64,000 nt of DNA from Raja brachyura. Lineage: Eukaryota. This document shows positions 11,505 to 25,584 of this stretch, one piece after another (positions within the stretch are counted from its first letter, which is position 1; each line of letters begins with the position of its first letter). The position numbers and the translations under genes were made by a program. The stretch lies in the NCBI GenBank assembly GCA_963514005.1, contig OY740802.1, positions 18,166,001-18,230,000 on the forward strand, in the 5' to 3' direction. The notes beneath the pieces were generated by a model. The model had not been told where the DNA came from, made no database searches, and saw only the letters and a program-made list of their open reading frames with translations.

Positions 11505-13414
11505 CTGAAACAAAGGAAAATGAAAAGGTTAATGTGCCTTTATACCACATAAAGTTCAAATCCACAGCTTGACAAATTGGCGCTCACTATCAATATTTCA
11601 CCTGGAGATGGAAATGGAGATGGAGCTTGGAGATGGAATCTAATACTGTGAAAAAAAAAATTAATTGAACCATAAAATGTGCAATAAGGCAATAGATGGA
11701 CACGACAGCTTGAAATCATTCCATTACACCCTTGACGAATGATAGATTTGGTCATTAGTTTGGCATAGGATAGCGAGAACATGCCAGTTCACGAGGAAAA
11801 GCATTAATGTAAATCCAGGAAACACAAAACTGAAAAGGAAAACTGATGCTAGAAATTTCAAGCAAATAAGAGGGGGAAAAAAACAATTTCAAATTCAGTT
11901 TCAAGTTCACTGAGCATGAATGACCTGATGGATAATAGATACAAAGCTTTGCAAAAATCCTTAATCTTAACAACAGAAAATAGCATTAGATACAAGCAGG
12001 AGTCATAATGCTGTATTGTTTACGTGGAATCATGAATCACATATTAAGCATACTAAGTTTTTTTTAAATCACGAAGGGTATAGGCAGATTAAATACCAAG
12101 AACCTGTTCCTATTACAGTACCTCCTCAATTTGCCTTTAACATATTTCCATTGGCTTTCCTTAATAAACCCTGCCTTTCCAAATGAATACCTTGTCTTTG
12201 ACAATAGTTTCTATAAACTCCAGATTGCAACCAAATTTGCTTCATAATTTGAATGGCTTGAATTTAGCAATTTCCCCACATGGATACAGGAGCAATGTGG
12301 TTCGATGGCATCTACATGTCTGGACCATTAATCTATGAACATAAACTTGAATCCAACTATGGGATTATATGAAACTGGAATTAAATAGCTTGTGGTAACC
12401 ATGAAACTTCTGGATTGTGAAAAAACCCATCTGTTTCACTAATGTTAAATCTACCATTCTCGCTGGTCTGGCTTATATGTGACTCCAGACCCGCTAATGT
12501 GGGTGATTCTTAACGGTCTCTGCATTTCAGAGGAAGTTAAATGTGTACAATAAATGATGTGTGAAGCATCTCATAAACTAATAATTTTAAATTTTTAAAT
12601 CAATTAATTGGAATTAAAGTCATATATTTGTCACTGTTTGTGGGCACTTTGGAAGTAAATTTTCGAACTGTGCCTGTACTAGGTTCTGAAAGATGATCTG
12701 CAAATATGTATTTTTATCGTTATTGTTTGTGAGCAGTGTTGACTGTTTATTAACTTTCAATTTTGCTACCAAATAGTAGTTTTAGTATTTACTAAGTAAC
12801 ACCTCTGGTTCTGGCCAATATGCTTTTGTTCCTGATTTCAGTATAGTGAGCTCTGCATGACAAAGCAACATTTTTTCCTTTCCCACATGAAATATTCCGT
12901 GAGCAAGACTGGCAATGTATTTTAAATCAGCATATAATTACAAGAGCCTGATTCTGCCAAGACCTCAAAAAATTTAGCTGGAATTATCCAAACTATTTCA
13001 TTCAGAGTTCTTATAATGAGCAGGCAGAGATTTGAAATATAATCTCAGAGGTAAAGCATATTAACTCACTGGCTATCCAGTTTACTAAAATAATCTTCTA
13101 TGCAAGTCACTCTAATACTTGAATGTAAATTGCTCAACTCTCTAAGGGTAGTGACCATTGGCATAGCATTTATCTATATATTTAATCATCAGACATGAAG
13201 TGGCTATTATCAAAGTTTCCATGCTGCACTTATTATCCTTTTTCATTCCAAAGGACTTCCAAACCTGTATGAGGACAATTAGCTCCACATTATCAATTAG
13301 ACCTAATGTTAGATGTGACTCCGTGGTAGCACCCTTGCCTCTTAAGTTAGGCAGACTGCAGAGACTTGTGCAAAATATCCTGCTGGCATTTCGCTGCAGC
13401 ACTGCAGGAATTCC

Positions 13415-13690
13415 ATATTTTAGTTTAGTTTAGTTTAGGGATACAGTGCGGAAACAAGCCTTTTGCCCAACGAGTCTGCACCGACCAGCGATCTCCACAC
13501 ACTTACGCTATCCTACACATAATAGGGACAATTATACCAAGCCAATTAACCTACAAACTTGTAGTCTTTGGAGTGTGGGAGGAAACTGGATATCGGAAGA
13601 AAATCCACACAGGTCACAGGAAGAATGTACAAATTCCATACAGACAAGCACCCATAATCAGGATCAAACCCGGGTCTCTGGTGCTGTAGA
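13415..13690 (-). mobile_element. HE1-like tRNA/V-SINE
   Basis: B-box-like ggtttgatcc, V-domain (ctcccacactccaaagac) and (ACTAA)n tail on the minus strand. Confidence 0.75.
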
Positions 13691-14889
13691 AAAATTAGGG
13701 ACATTTTGGGGAAATGTTTAAGCACCACGCAAGTGCAAATCTTTCTTTCTCGTTCTGACTCAATGGAAGATATCAGTTCCTCACCCATTAGTACATTTTG
13801 GCAATAGAATATTCATTGTTTATCCCAAGATCCCATTTTGTCTGGTGTATGAACAATGGCATGTAGAGCTACTAAAGTATTGCTCTTATTCCTAATCTCA
13901 TAGGAAACAACAGATATGATGCAGTGTACTTTGCATGTGTACAGTGATTATGCTCTTACATTCTCATGTAAATTATACACCATGGAAATTCAATGATAAG
14001 CTGCAAGAATAGTATGATAAAGGAATGAATGTACTTTTTTCACAGATCTTCCTTGAGTCAGTATGATGCAGAGAGCTGGTTCTACAAGAAGCCACTGTGC
14101 ATTAGACTTTTTCATTTAGATATCTTTAGTTACGGCAGCTGGATTCTAAAGTTTAATATCACACTACACACAGATTTGTGAAAGGTTGAGAGCACAGATG
14201 GAATTATGTTCCAATTTCAACCGCTTTGTCAAAGGAATAAGAAAAATGTTATCCTTTGTCAAAACAGTACTGCCTTTGACTGTATGTAACCAAGTTTGGG
14301 GGGGGGGGGGGGAGGAGAGAGAGAGAGAGGTGCTTCTGGTGCACCATGGGAGGTTTGCAAACTAATTCAACATTATTACAAGGTAACAACATTTCAAACT
14401 CAACAAAGTTTTTGCTCAGCAACTTTTGGCAATCATAAGCATCTTGCTCAAAGTTCAACCTCAAAATATAAGACACATAGCATCAACACATATCATAAAA
14501 GCACACAAATTCTAAAGAGTGGAAGTCATTTACCCAATGGTGCAAGTACAGATTCTTTAAATGAACGATCATATTTAACAAACTCTTTACCCAGAGCCCT
14601 TCATCTTTCTTTCTTTAATTATATACTCTACTTTAACCTGCTAATAGATTTTATGCAGTTGCGCAGCTAGTCCACCTGCTGCCTTATAACTCCAGTGAGG
14701 TTCAGTCCCGACGTCAATGCTGTCTGTGTGGAGTTTGCATGTTCTCCCTGTGACCAAGTGGATTTCCTTCCAGTGCTCTGGTTTCTTCCCACATGCCAAA
14801 GATATGCATGTTGGGTGTTTAATTGACCAAGCAAATTGTCCATAGTGTGTAAGAGCGATTGAATGGAGGGAGATACTGAGAACACCAAC

Positions 14890-15825
14890 GGCCAAGCTGG
14901 ACAATTTCTCCTGTTTTTACCACGAAGAAAGACATGAAGAATAGGGAACTTAGGAAAGTTAATGGAGATATCTTGAGGACATTTTGTATTAGAGTCAAGG
15001 AGGAGTTGGACATCCAGAGACATATGAAGATAGATATAACTACTGGGCCTGATCAGATATCTCCAAGGACACTGAGGGAAGTTAGAGAATATTAAGAATT
15101 GCAGGACTCCTGGCTGTGAAATATAAAACAGTTAGACATGGGTGAGTTGCCGGAAAAATGGAGGATGGCTAGTCGTGTGCCTTAAGATGGGATGCAAACA
15201 AAAACCTGGGAATTTAACATCTGTTGTATGAAAGGTTACCGAAGAGGAATCCGAGGAATACGTTTTTGGAACGACAGGTTAATTAGTGATAATCAATATG
15301 GATTTGTGTGCGGGAGATCATCTCTCGAATTTGATTTTGTTTTTTGAAATAGCCATGAATGTTGATGTTTGTCGGGCTGTAATGTTGTCTATATGGACTT
15401 CAGCAAGGCCTTTGATGAGGTTCTGCATGGCAGGCTGCTCTGGAAGGTTAGATTGTGTGGTATCCAGGGAGAGCTAGTTAACATGCCCCATCTACCTGCC
15501 CGCTTTTGGCCTTTATCCCTCCAAACCTATCATATCCATGTACCCGCCTAAATGTTTCTTAAACATTGTGACAGTGCTTGTCCCAACTATCTCTTCTGGC
15601 AGCTCGTTCCATGCAACCTCTCCCTGTAGCTCAGGCCCTCGAGTCCTGGCAGCATCCTCATAAATCTTCTCTGCACCCTTTCCAGCTTCACAACATCTTT
15701 CCTATAACATGGTGATCAAAACTGAACACCATAGTCTAAATGTGGCCTCACCAATGTCTTATATAACTGTACCATGACCTTCCAATTTCTATACTCAAGA
15801 CTCTGATGGAGGACAATGTGGCAAA
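14890..15825. mobile_element. CR1 LINE fragments: about 14890-15480 (+) and 15483-15825 (-)
   Basis: VVYMDFSKAFD.V.HGRL..K...GIQGEL on the plus strand, CR1 ORF2 C-terminal sequence on the minus strand. Confidence 0.7.
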
Positions 15826-16679
15826 GGTCCCAAATGCCTCTGGTCCTTGTTGTGATGTGTTATCATCCAGAAGAAATATGTTAAGGATCTATTCAAACTT
15901 GAGGCAAGCTTGATTTGTATTCTACATGCAGAAGCTGCCCCTATATATTGGTTATTACTCACTTAGAAACCAGAACACCACATCCAATTGATTGATAATC
16001 CATGATTTATTCATAAATGTCTTAATCCTCTTGATATGAGAAATACTATTCAGTTCAAGGAGTTCTCTGGCAAATTATTCCAAATGCCTCTTATTCTTTG
16101 TATAACAAGTTTCTCCTTTCTTCTGTCTAACTTGTTCTTATTTTTCCTTGTCCCCTGGTATTTGAGCTGGTTGCAGCACTGAGCAGTTTCTCTGGATAGG
16201 TTCTGTCAATCATATTTGCAATCAGTCTTCTATTCAAATTTCAAAATGTCCTCTTTCCCATCCCCCACAAAAATGAACATGAGCAACTTCCAAAATCTTT
16301 ACTCAGACTTAACTTCTTGATACCCAAATGAAGTAAGATCAATTGATTAATCAGACAGGTTATATTAAGTGGTCTTATTTTAACATCAATTATAAACATT
16401 CGCTACACATCATAGAAGTCTGGTTGTCTGCTCATTGCTTCCACTGGGAACATAACCTCAGAATACAAAAATATCATAATATTATCTGTTCCCTTTTTTA
16501 AAGGCGGGCATGACCATGCAAGACAACAAATGTTTTGTCCAAGGCTGCAGTCAAATTAGTTGATCTGCTGCAAGCTCACATGAGATGATCTGAACCCACA
16601 AAATATTCTGTGAAGCTGGCTGGATGGGTTTTTAGTGTGCGCAGACAGTCTCCTTTTGAAGAATGAAGAAACTGTACCA

Positions 16680-17530
16680 AGACAGATAATCTATGAGAAC
16701 ACATGGATCTGAAGGTGACCTCTTGGCATGGGTAGCAATTTGGACGGGTGGTAGGAAAGAGAAAAGGGATAATAGGCAGGTGCTTGAATTGGCAGGAATG
16801 ACCTTGCAGAGTTCCTCACAGATCTGTATCAGGGATCAGGTTTTTCAGTTTGTTTATAAATGTGTTAGAGACATAGAGAGCCAAAAACACACAATGAGGT
16901 CTCTTGGAAATCTGTGTATAGGGAGGAAGAATGGTGCAAAGAAACATTATTAGTTTAATTGAGTGGGTGAAACAGTGTCTGCTGAAGTTCCACATTAGAT
17001 CTTCCATTGAAGATAGATAACGTTCTGAATGGTAAGAAGCTGGTGATTTTCAGGGCAGGATAGGAATTGAGACCTCCATGTAAATAATTCACCAAAAGGT
17101 AGTGTTCAGCTACAAAATATATACTGAATGAATTACATCAAATGGTATCAAACCGGGAAATATTTGGTAAAGTAATTTATTCGGTTCTAGTCACCTTGAG
17201 AAGGATATATTGTAAAAGGTGCAGCACTGTTTTGTTAGCTAGCTATTGTGAACTAAAAAGAGAAAGTTACAGGGAGACATGCACATAGTGAAGTAATATT
17301 TCCTTGAATATAGCACATTAAGGGGGAAACCAAATTGAGCTGTGTAAACTAGTTAAAGGAGTTAATTGTGTAAAGACAAACTATTTTCTCTGGTGGGAAG
17401 AGTAAGGGACCATGACACATCAAGGGCTAGGGCGATATTGTGGAACACTTTCACAGACAAAGTATTCTGAAAATTTGTAACTCTCTTCCTCAAAAATCAG
17501 TAAAGGGGAATTGGTGAACTTCAGACTGCT
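16680..17530 (+). mobile_element. Old, degraded CR1 fragment
   Basis: MRTHG.EG.LL.WV..W..GRK remnant and downstream CR1-like sequence. Confidence 0.5.
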
Positions 17531-18359
17531 ACGTTTCTATTTTAACGTATGTGAGTTGGAGATTTGGCAACCAAGATATTTGTAATATACAAATCCTCAT
17601 TTGCGGTCAGGAAACTCATTAAGCAGCATTAGGAGGACCAGGCACTTGACATGGTTCTCCAGCATTGTTTGTACCAGGGCCAGTCAGGGAAGGCTGATCA
17701 TCTGCTGATCAGACCCCTTTCCTTGCAACTGGATGCAGTCAATGTTCTCCATTATTTTCAGTCTTTCTCTCCACTCATTTCCGCAACCAGCAGCATGCAA
17801 TCTTTTCTTCTCCTTCAGTCTCTTCGGCTGCAATCCTAACTCACAACCTCTCTAGCTCTCCAATTGATACCCATCCTTGATTATCCCACTTCCCACATCA
17901 TCATTCTCTTGACCCTCAACTGCAGAGCACCAACACGGAGCTGATCAATGATCTCCTTTCTGATCTCTCCAAATCCCACCACTAGCTACACTTCTCAATC
18001 TCATACACTCTTCCCCATTTACAATTATATTGACCCCACTTCCCTCATCCACCTCCAGTCCTCTGATCTCACTCTCCTTCCTCCTACAAGGATCTGTAAA
18101 TTTCAACAAGGATGCCAGTTTCAAGGCAGCAGCTCACAAAAGGAGCTGATTCTCCTAGTTTTCACGATAGCAAAACAAGATCCTACCACTCCCAACATCT
18201 TACCCTAAGGTTTGGGGCCCCCTAATGCAAATGTGGCATTGAGACTTGCTGGAGGTCCTCCTGAGCCATCCATCAGCAAATGGTACGTTAGTCTATGCAG
18301 TAAAAATGAGGGAACAGTGCTTAAAGTGCTCCCAACTTTCCCGCATCTGCTGTACTGCT

Positions 18360-18830
18360 GGAGACACAAGAGACATCAGATGCTGGAATCTCGAGCAAAA
18401 GGTTGGAGGAACTCAGAGGGACAGACAGCATCTGGGGAGAGAATGGGCAGGCAACATTTTGGCTCAGGACTCTTCCTCAGACTAATTGAAGTAGAATGGA
18501 GCAAACTAGAAAAGAGAGGTCGGGGCAGGATAAATCAGGTAAAGTAATCGTTGGATATTGCAGGTTGGCAGTGGTTAGTGACAAGACTGGAGGTGATAAG
18601 GAGGCAAAAAGGTGTCAGATTAGGAGAGGTGTGAAATGTAAAGCACGAGGGAGTGATATGGATGTCACTTGCCATTATTTGGCCTGCCCCCACTTTTCTT
18701 ATCCATCTCTCTCCCTACTCCATTCCATCTGAAGAAAGGTTCAATACTTAAAACATTTTCAATTCATACCCTCCACCGATGTGCTTGACCGCTTGAGTTC
18801 CTCCAACACTTTATGTTTTGCTCATGAAAT
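18360..18830. mobile_element. Penelope-derived inverted-repeat element (degraded)
   Basis: Inverted arms, each with a degenerate CTGANGA...GAAA hammerhead motif. Confidence 0.55.
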
Positions 18831-19182
18831 TGCTGGATGCTGACTTATTATTGGCAACAATTAACTACTGGTAGTGCTTTTTGGTGATGAAAATTAAGGG
18901 GCAGATTTGGCAAGGGTCGTTTTGGAGGTTCTGGCCAGAAATATTGCTGGTCCAGATTTCAAGATCTTGGCCTTGCGACGAGCCAATATTTTTCCAACGC
19001 GCACTGTAAATCAGATTTCTGGCATATCTTCCTGTCAAGCCAGAAGGATTCCACGGCAGACTAATGTCCTGGTTTAGAAGATGCAGCAGTTACTGGAGCC
19101 ACTACATCAGTTCCCTCCTCTCAATACAACAGGTACATGGATATGAACGGGTTTGAGTAATATGAGCTAAGTGCAGATAAAT

Positions 19183-19570
19183 GTTTAGTTTAGGAATACA
19201 GGGTGGAAACAGTCCCTTCGGCCTGCTGAGACAATGCCGGCGAACAATCCCCATACACTAACACTATCCTACACACACACTAGGGACAATGTACAATTTT
19301 ACCGAAGCTAATTAACTTACACTCCAAAGATGTGCAGGTTTGTATGAGGAAACCGGAAAAGCCTACCCAGGTCACGGGAAGAACTTACAAATTCCGTACA
19401 AACAGCATTTGTAATCAGGATCGAACCCGGGTCTCTGCTGCTGTAAGGCAGCAGTTCTATTGCTGTGTCACCATGCCATCCATGTGACAAACTTAGATGG
19501 GACATCTTCATCGGCATGGACAAGTTTGGCCGAAGGGCCTGTTTCCTGTATGTATGACTCTAACTCTAAG
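19183..19570 (-). mobile_element. HE1-like SINE (about 19183-19475) followed by a CR1/HE1 tail on the plus strand
   Basis: B box ggttcgatcc, V-domain and (ACTAA) tail. Confidence 0.7.
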
Positions 19571-21276
19571 ACCTTGAACACCAGAGTTCTTGTTCTCTGG
19601 GGAGGAGGGACTTGCAACAACCCTAGCGAGTCGGTCAGAGGGACCACATATGCATGCACTGCTGTGAAGGCACTTATTTTCTCCCTAAAGCTATCCTTCA
19701 GCTGGCAAGTTTCCTGAAGCCTGGGAGACCCAGCCAGCCACTGTCAAGCTTGCAAATCAAGTGAAATCAGAGACTGACAACCTCATTAAAAGTTTGTAAT
19801 GGCTAAACTGCCTCCTGGCGGCATGGTGCCTCACCTCCATTGGATCTAGAAGTGGGAAGATATATATATTAACGCAACTCACACCAACCCATTTTCTTGA
19901 GGTTTGAAGCTTACAGTTCTTTCAGCACTCACCACTTTCAGTAACTTTAATGTTCCCTTGATTTTATCTCACCATGTCACATTTGCTAAGTACTAAGGCT
20001 ATTAGTACCCTGCCTCTTTTTTTTCCCCCAAAGCAGAATGAAAAGTGCCAGTGAAGCAGAATTTTTATCAGGAGCCCAAGGGTAAAAGCTATACTGCCTA
20101 TCTGTCAAAGAATCTAAATGGAGATTGGCATTAAGACCATAAAACGTTATGCTGAGTCTTGAGAGAAATTAACTAATGCAAAGGTACATTCCATTACATT
20201 ATACAAAATGAGAACAAATGGACAAGTTAATAGCAATGTAGCAGATATTGGGATTATTTTAAGCAAATCAACCCTTAAGAGTGTATGGAGAATATCGCGT
20301 AAAGGTTGCCAAATAATGTTAATATGCACTTGTCGACAAAAGCCATTGTCAGTTAGGCGTTTAAATCTTGAAAAAGTTGATGCAGTATGGTTATAGGTAT
20401 TTCAAATACCTCTCACCATAGCAACTAGAATGACAGTGCCTGGACTTTAGTTGCATGAACTGAATCCTCTTGTTACCTTTCTAGTAGACTGGGGAGGTTC
20501 AATTTGAACCGTAAATAAATCAGATCCTCTATTCATATTCTTATTGCCAACAAAAATTGCAGATATTGTACCAAGTTCAGTTGGTCATTAAAAATAAATA
20601 AATCAACATGCTGTAATTACTATCTTACTCTTGCTTTAGTCCTGAAGCGTGCATTAAATACACAGAGGAGGGGAGAGAACTAGTTTAGCATTGGATCCTT
20701 GGAGACGTTCTGAATTTGGAGGGGAATAAATGGTTCTTCTGCAGACTGAACTTTGAACTCTTTCTACTGTCTGATTGAGTGGAATTCCAACAGGAGAGTA
20801 AAATCTAAAGCAGTGAGGCAGTACACGGTACATTTAACCACCACGGGGATTGTTTATGTTATCAGGATGAAAGACATCACATAACTCTGCCACCACGCAT
20901 CCTCCAGCACAAAGCTTTCTGAAAAAACATGGTTGCATTATTGAAGGATACAAAAAAAGCTGGAGAAACTCAGCGGGTGCAGCAGCATCAAATTTGATTG
21001 TAAACATAGCCCCCTAATCTAATCTTTTTTGTTTATTCATCACATTTTTTAATCACTTTGGACAGATTAGAAACAAATGTTAAAGATGGCCAGGCGAGGA
21101 GAGCGACGATGTTTCGCAGTACGACTGGATGGTGGCAAAAGTTATAACGGGCTATGGCCAGTTGCAACTAAGACTTTGAAAATGGTGCCAAAACCTGGTG
21201 ACTCTTGCATGTGGACTCAGTGGGTTGTTTCCATGCATTCTGTACTGAACCAGGGATTGTACTTATGTAGACATTA

Positions 21277-23358
21277 GACAATAGACAATAGGTGTAGGAG
21301 TAGACCATTCGGCCCTTCGAGCCAGCACCGCCAATGAATGTGATCATGGCTGATCATCCACAATCAGTACGCCGTTCCTGCCTTCTCCCCATATCCCCTG
21401 ACTCCTCCTATCTTTAAGAGCCCTATCTAGCTCTCTCTTGAAAGTATCCAGATAATTGGCCTCCACCACCCTCTGAGGCAGAGAATTCCACAGACTCACA
21501 ACTCTCTGTGTGAGAAAGTGTTTCCTCGTCTCCGTTCTAAATGGCTTACCCCTTATTCTTAAACGGTGGCCCCTGGTTCTAAACTCCCCCAACATCGGGA
21601 ACATGTTTCCTGCCTCTAACGTGTCCAAACCCTTAATAATCTTATATGTTTCAATAAGATCCCCTCTCATCCTTCTAAACTCCAGAGTATACAAGCCCAG
21701 CCGCTCCATTCTCTCAGCATGTGACAGTCCCGCCATCCCTGGAATTACCCTTGTAAACCTATGCTGCACTCCCTCAATAGCACGAATGCCCTACCTCACA
21801 TTAGGGGACCAAAACTGCACACAATACTCCAGGTGTGGTCTCACTAGGGCCCTATACAACTGCAAAAGGACATCTTTCCTCCTATAATCAACTCCTCTTG
21901 TTATAAAGCCCAACATGCCATTCGCTTTCTTCACTGCCTGCTCTACCTGCATGCTTACTTTCATTGACTGATGAACAAGGACCCCCCAGATCCCATGGTA
22001 CTTCCCACTTTCCCAACTTGACACCATTTAGATAGTAATCTGCCTTCCTGTTTTTGCTACCAAAGTGGATAACCTCACATTTATCCACATTAAACTGCAT
22101 CTGCCATGCATTTGCCCACTCACCCAACCTGTCCAAGTCACCCTGCATTCTCATAGCCTCCTCCGCACAGTTCACACTGCCATCCAGCTTTGTATCATCT
22201 GCAAATTTGCTAATGTTACTTTGAATCCCTTCATCTAAATCATTGATTTTTATTGTAAATATATATACTAGTGTCACCATGCCATCCATTTTCTATCCAT
22301 GTCAGCACTCTACACCCAATACCATGTGCCCTAACATTGCCCACTAATCTCCTATGTGGGACCTTATCAAATGCTCTCTGCAAGTCCAGGTACACTACAT
22401 CCACTGGCTCTCCCTTGTCCATTTTCCTAGTTACATCCACAAAAAGTCTAGAAGATTAGAGAAGCATGATTTCCCCTTCGTAAATCATGCTGACTCGGAA
22501 CCGATCCTGTTACTGCTATCCAAATGTGCTGCTATTTCATCTTTTATAATTGACTCCAGCATCTTCCGCACCACGGATGTCAGGCTAACAGGTCTATAAT
22601 TTAACTTTACATTTGCGGAGCCTGGGATCTCTCGCTGAGATCGCCAGTGTGTGGAGCTCCGTACAGCACGGCCTGTTGGCTTGGAAGCCGCGGTCTCCGG
22701 TACCCCAAGCCGCTGAGAGAGTCTACCGATGCTGGAGTACCATCACCTGGTGAGAACAGCCGGGAACATCGGGCCTCCGTAGCTGCGACTGTGGAGGCCT
22801 CAATAGGCCCGACTACTTTGGGTGGATATGAAGATGGGGACTGGACTTTGTGCCTTCCCCCACAGTGTGGGGGGATGTTTTTACGTTTTAATGTTAAATT
22901 TCTTTAATGCTATGTTGTATTTTTATTAGTGTGCTGCAAGGACATCTGAATTTCCCCTGAATAAGGGGATTAATAAAGTATTTGTTATGTTATGTTAATT
23001 CCCTGTTTTCTCTCTCCCACCTTTCTTAAAAAGTGGGATAACATTAGCTACCCTCCAATCCACAGGAACGGATCCAGAATCTATAGAACATTGGAAATTG
23101 ATCACCAATGCATCCACAATTTCTAGAACCACTTATTTAAGTACCCTGAGATGCAGACCATCAGACCCTGGGGATTTATCAGCCTTCAGTCCCACCAGTC
23201 TACCCAACACCATTTCCTGCGAAATGTGGATTTCCTTCAGTTCCTCCGTCACCCCAGATCCTCTGGACACTAGTGTATCAGGAAGATAGATTGTGTCCTC
23301 CTTAGTGAAAACAGATCCAAAGTACCTGTTTAACTCATCTGCCATTTCCTTATTCCCT
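21277..23358 (-). mobile_element. CR1 (HER1-like) LINE, 5'-truncated
   Basis: ORF2 pieces VYLDLQRAFDKVPH, SKFADDTKL, LVRPHLEYCVQFWSP and RTRGH.L. (ATTGTCT)n tail. Confidence 0.92.
22602..22997 (+). mobile_element. GC-rich retroposon of the hairpin family inserted in CR1
   Basis: TAATT on both sides. Collapsed hairpin at 22856-22875. Tail gaatttcccct...aggggattaataaagta followed by (TGTTA)n. Confidence 0.7.
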
Positions 23359-24623
23359 TGTATGGCAATAATCTTACAGATCTGCGTGCAAAAGAGGAAT
23401 TTCACTGCACCTTGGTACATGTGATAATAAAGGACCAATCAAGCATTGAACCAACACATTTAAACACAGCCCATCGTAGATTACTATTAGGAGATCAAAG
23501 ACTGGACAAAGACTGAATCAAAGAAAATTCCACGTGAGAAATGTGGGAAACCTCAAATACAGACAACTTTATGCAAATGTTTCCAGCTAATTCCACTTAG
23601 ACAATTTGATGAAACTGCTATTTCCCTGCAGATGGGGTTTGTTTTATGTCAAGGGATTTGAATGGAAATTAGGAATAGATTTTTCATGGATCCACAAAAT
23701 GTTGCAGGGAAGTTGCTCGGGCCTCAATTATACCTCAGATAAATGGGAAACTAAATTCATCCACATTCATCTGAATCTTGTGGTATGTGTGTCAGTGGCA
23801 AGGCCAACATTAGTGTCTGCTCTCAGTTGACCTCGTCAAGCCAGAGGTGGGTCACCTATGGAGCAACGAGAACTAGCACTTACAGTATATGTGTCTTGAT
23901 CATGGTGAAACATTGCATTTCACAGATACTTCAGCTGGCAGAAGTGTAATCATTTAAATCAGAGAAGATATTTCCACCATTTTTTAGGAAGGGTGCAGCC
24001 ACATTTTGGCATAATGAAGCTGAGTTGAACTGTTCCCAATAAGTATGAGACCTATCATAAATCTGGCATGTGCTTAGTGACAGAATATTGATCACTTCAA
24101 ATTAACACTGGACTTCAAATGGACTTCACTGGACCAGCAACTGAGCCTAATTGTACTTGGCTTATCCTCAGCATAACAATGGGAATTCACCTCTACGGTC
24201 TAAGTCAACCAGACAGGTTTACTTTAGAGATTCAGCATTGAAACAGGCCCTTCATGCTGACCATCGATCACCCATTCACACTAGTTCTATGTTATCCCAC
24301 ATTCACATCCACTCCCTACCCCCTAGGCACAATTTACGGTGGCTAATTTATCCACAGATTGGATTCCTCAGCATAAATAGGCTTTCACCACAGAAAATTC
24401 AGCCATTTATTCTCTTTTTCTTTACAACTTTTTAATTTTGTTAATTAATTATTCATTTTCCAGTGAGTTTTAAATAACTTTAAACTCGCAGTTAAAAACA
24501 CTTTTTTTTTTTTTTTTTTTGGATTACTCAAAGCATTTTTTTTTACATGTAATTGTATACCAGAGGCATTTAAACCACTTGTAGGTACATTTTACACGAG
24601 GCAAGGCACCAAGCCCAGCCTTA

Positions 24624-25584
24624 AGGGCCTGTCCTACCAGCATCCGACTCCATGCGATGAGCGCGATCAAACTAGAAGTGAGGGCCGCGCGGAGGTCGGG
24701 TGATCCCTGTACAGGGCCGTTCCCACCAGCATGCGGCAAGCGCAACCAAACCGGCAGCGAGGGCCGCGCAGAGGTCGGGTGAGTGGCGCAACGCGGCGCA
24801 AAGTGAGGCGAACTTGGAGCGAAGTCTTAAGGTAAGTTTGCCAGGACAGAGAGGGGCACACAGAGGGGGGCACAGAGGCACACACACAGAGGGGCACAGA
24901 GTCACACACATAGAGGGTCATGGAGGCACCTACAGATAGGTTCACGGAGGCACGATTTAGAGGCGGTGTGTCATGCGTCGAGGCGACTGCGAGCCGACAA
25001 GCCGTTGCCGCGCGGAATTTTTGAACATAGTCAGTTTTTCGAGCCCCACGCGATGTCGGGACGAACTCCGCACAATTCCGCACGGCTCCGGCGATCGAAG
25101 TGGGACCGGCCCCGCGATGCCGGACGGCTCAAGCGACTACTTTAGGTCGCGCTCATCGCATAGAGTTGCATGCTTGTAGGACAGGCCCTTGACTATGTTC
25201 AGAAATTCCGTGCGGCAACGGCTTGTCGGCTCGCAGTCGCCTCGACACATTACACACTGTCTCGACGTCATGCTTCCGTGACCCTCTCTGTAGGTGCCTC
25301 CGTGACCCTCTGTGTGTGTGCCTCTGTGCCCCTCTCTGTGTACCCCTCTCTGTCCTGGCGAACTTACCTTTAAGACCGCTCCAAGTTCCCCTCACTTTGC
25401 GCCGCGTTGCGCCACTCACCCGACCTCTGCGTGGCCCTCGCTGCCGTTTTGGTCGCGTTTGCCGCATGCAGGCGCATGCTGGTGGGGACGGCCCTGTACA
25501 GGGATAACCCGACCTCCGCGCGGCCCCCGCTTCTAGTTTGATCGCGCTCATCGCTTGGAGTCGGATGCTGGTAGGACAGGCCCT
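24624..25584. mobile_element. PIF/Harbinger-type MITE with fold-back duplication
   Basis: TIR AGGGCCTGTCCTACCAGCATCCGACTCC, TTA TSD at 24621-24623 and 25585-25587, arms of about 400 bp. Confidence 0.88.

Noticed and set aside
14890-15825. Twin-primed (5'-inverted) CR1
   Set aside because: The inverted piece abuts through its 3' end, which does not fit twin-priming geometry. Independent fragments or a later rearrangement are more likely.
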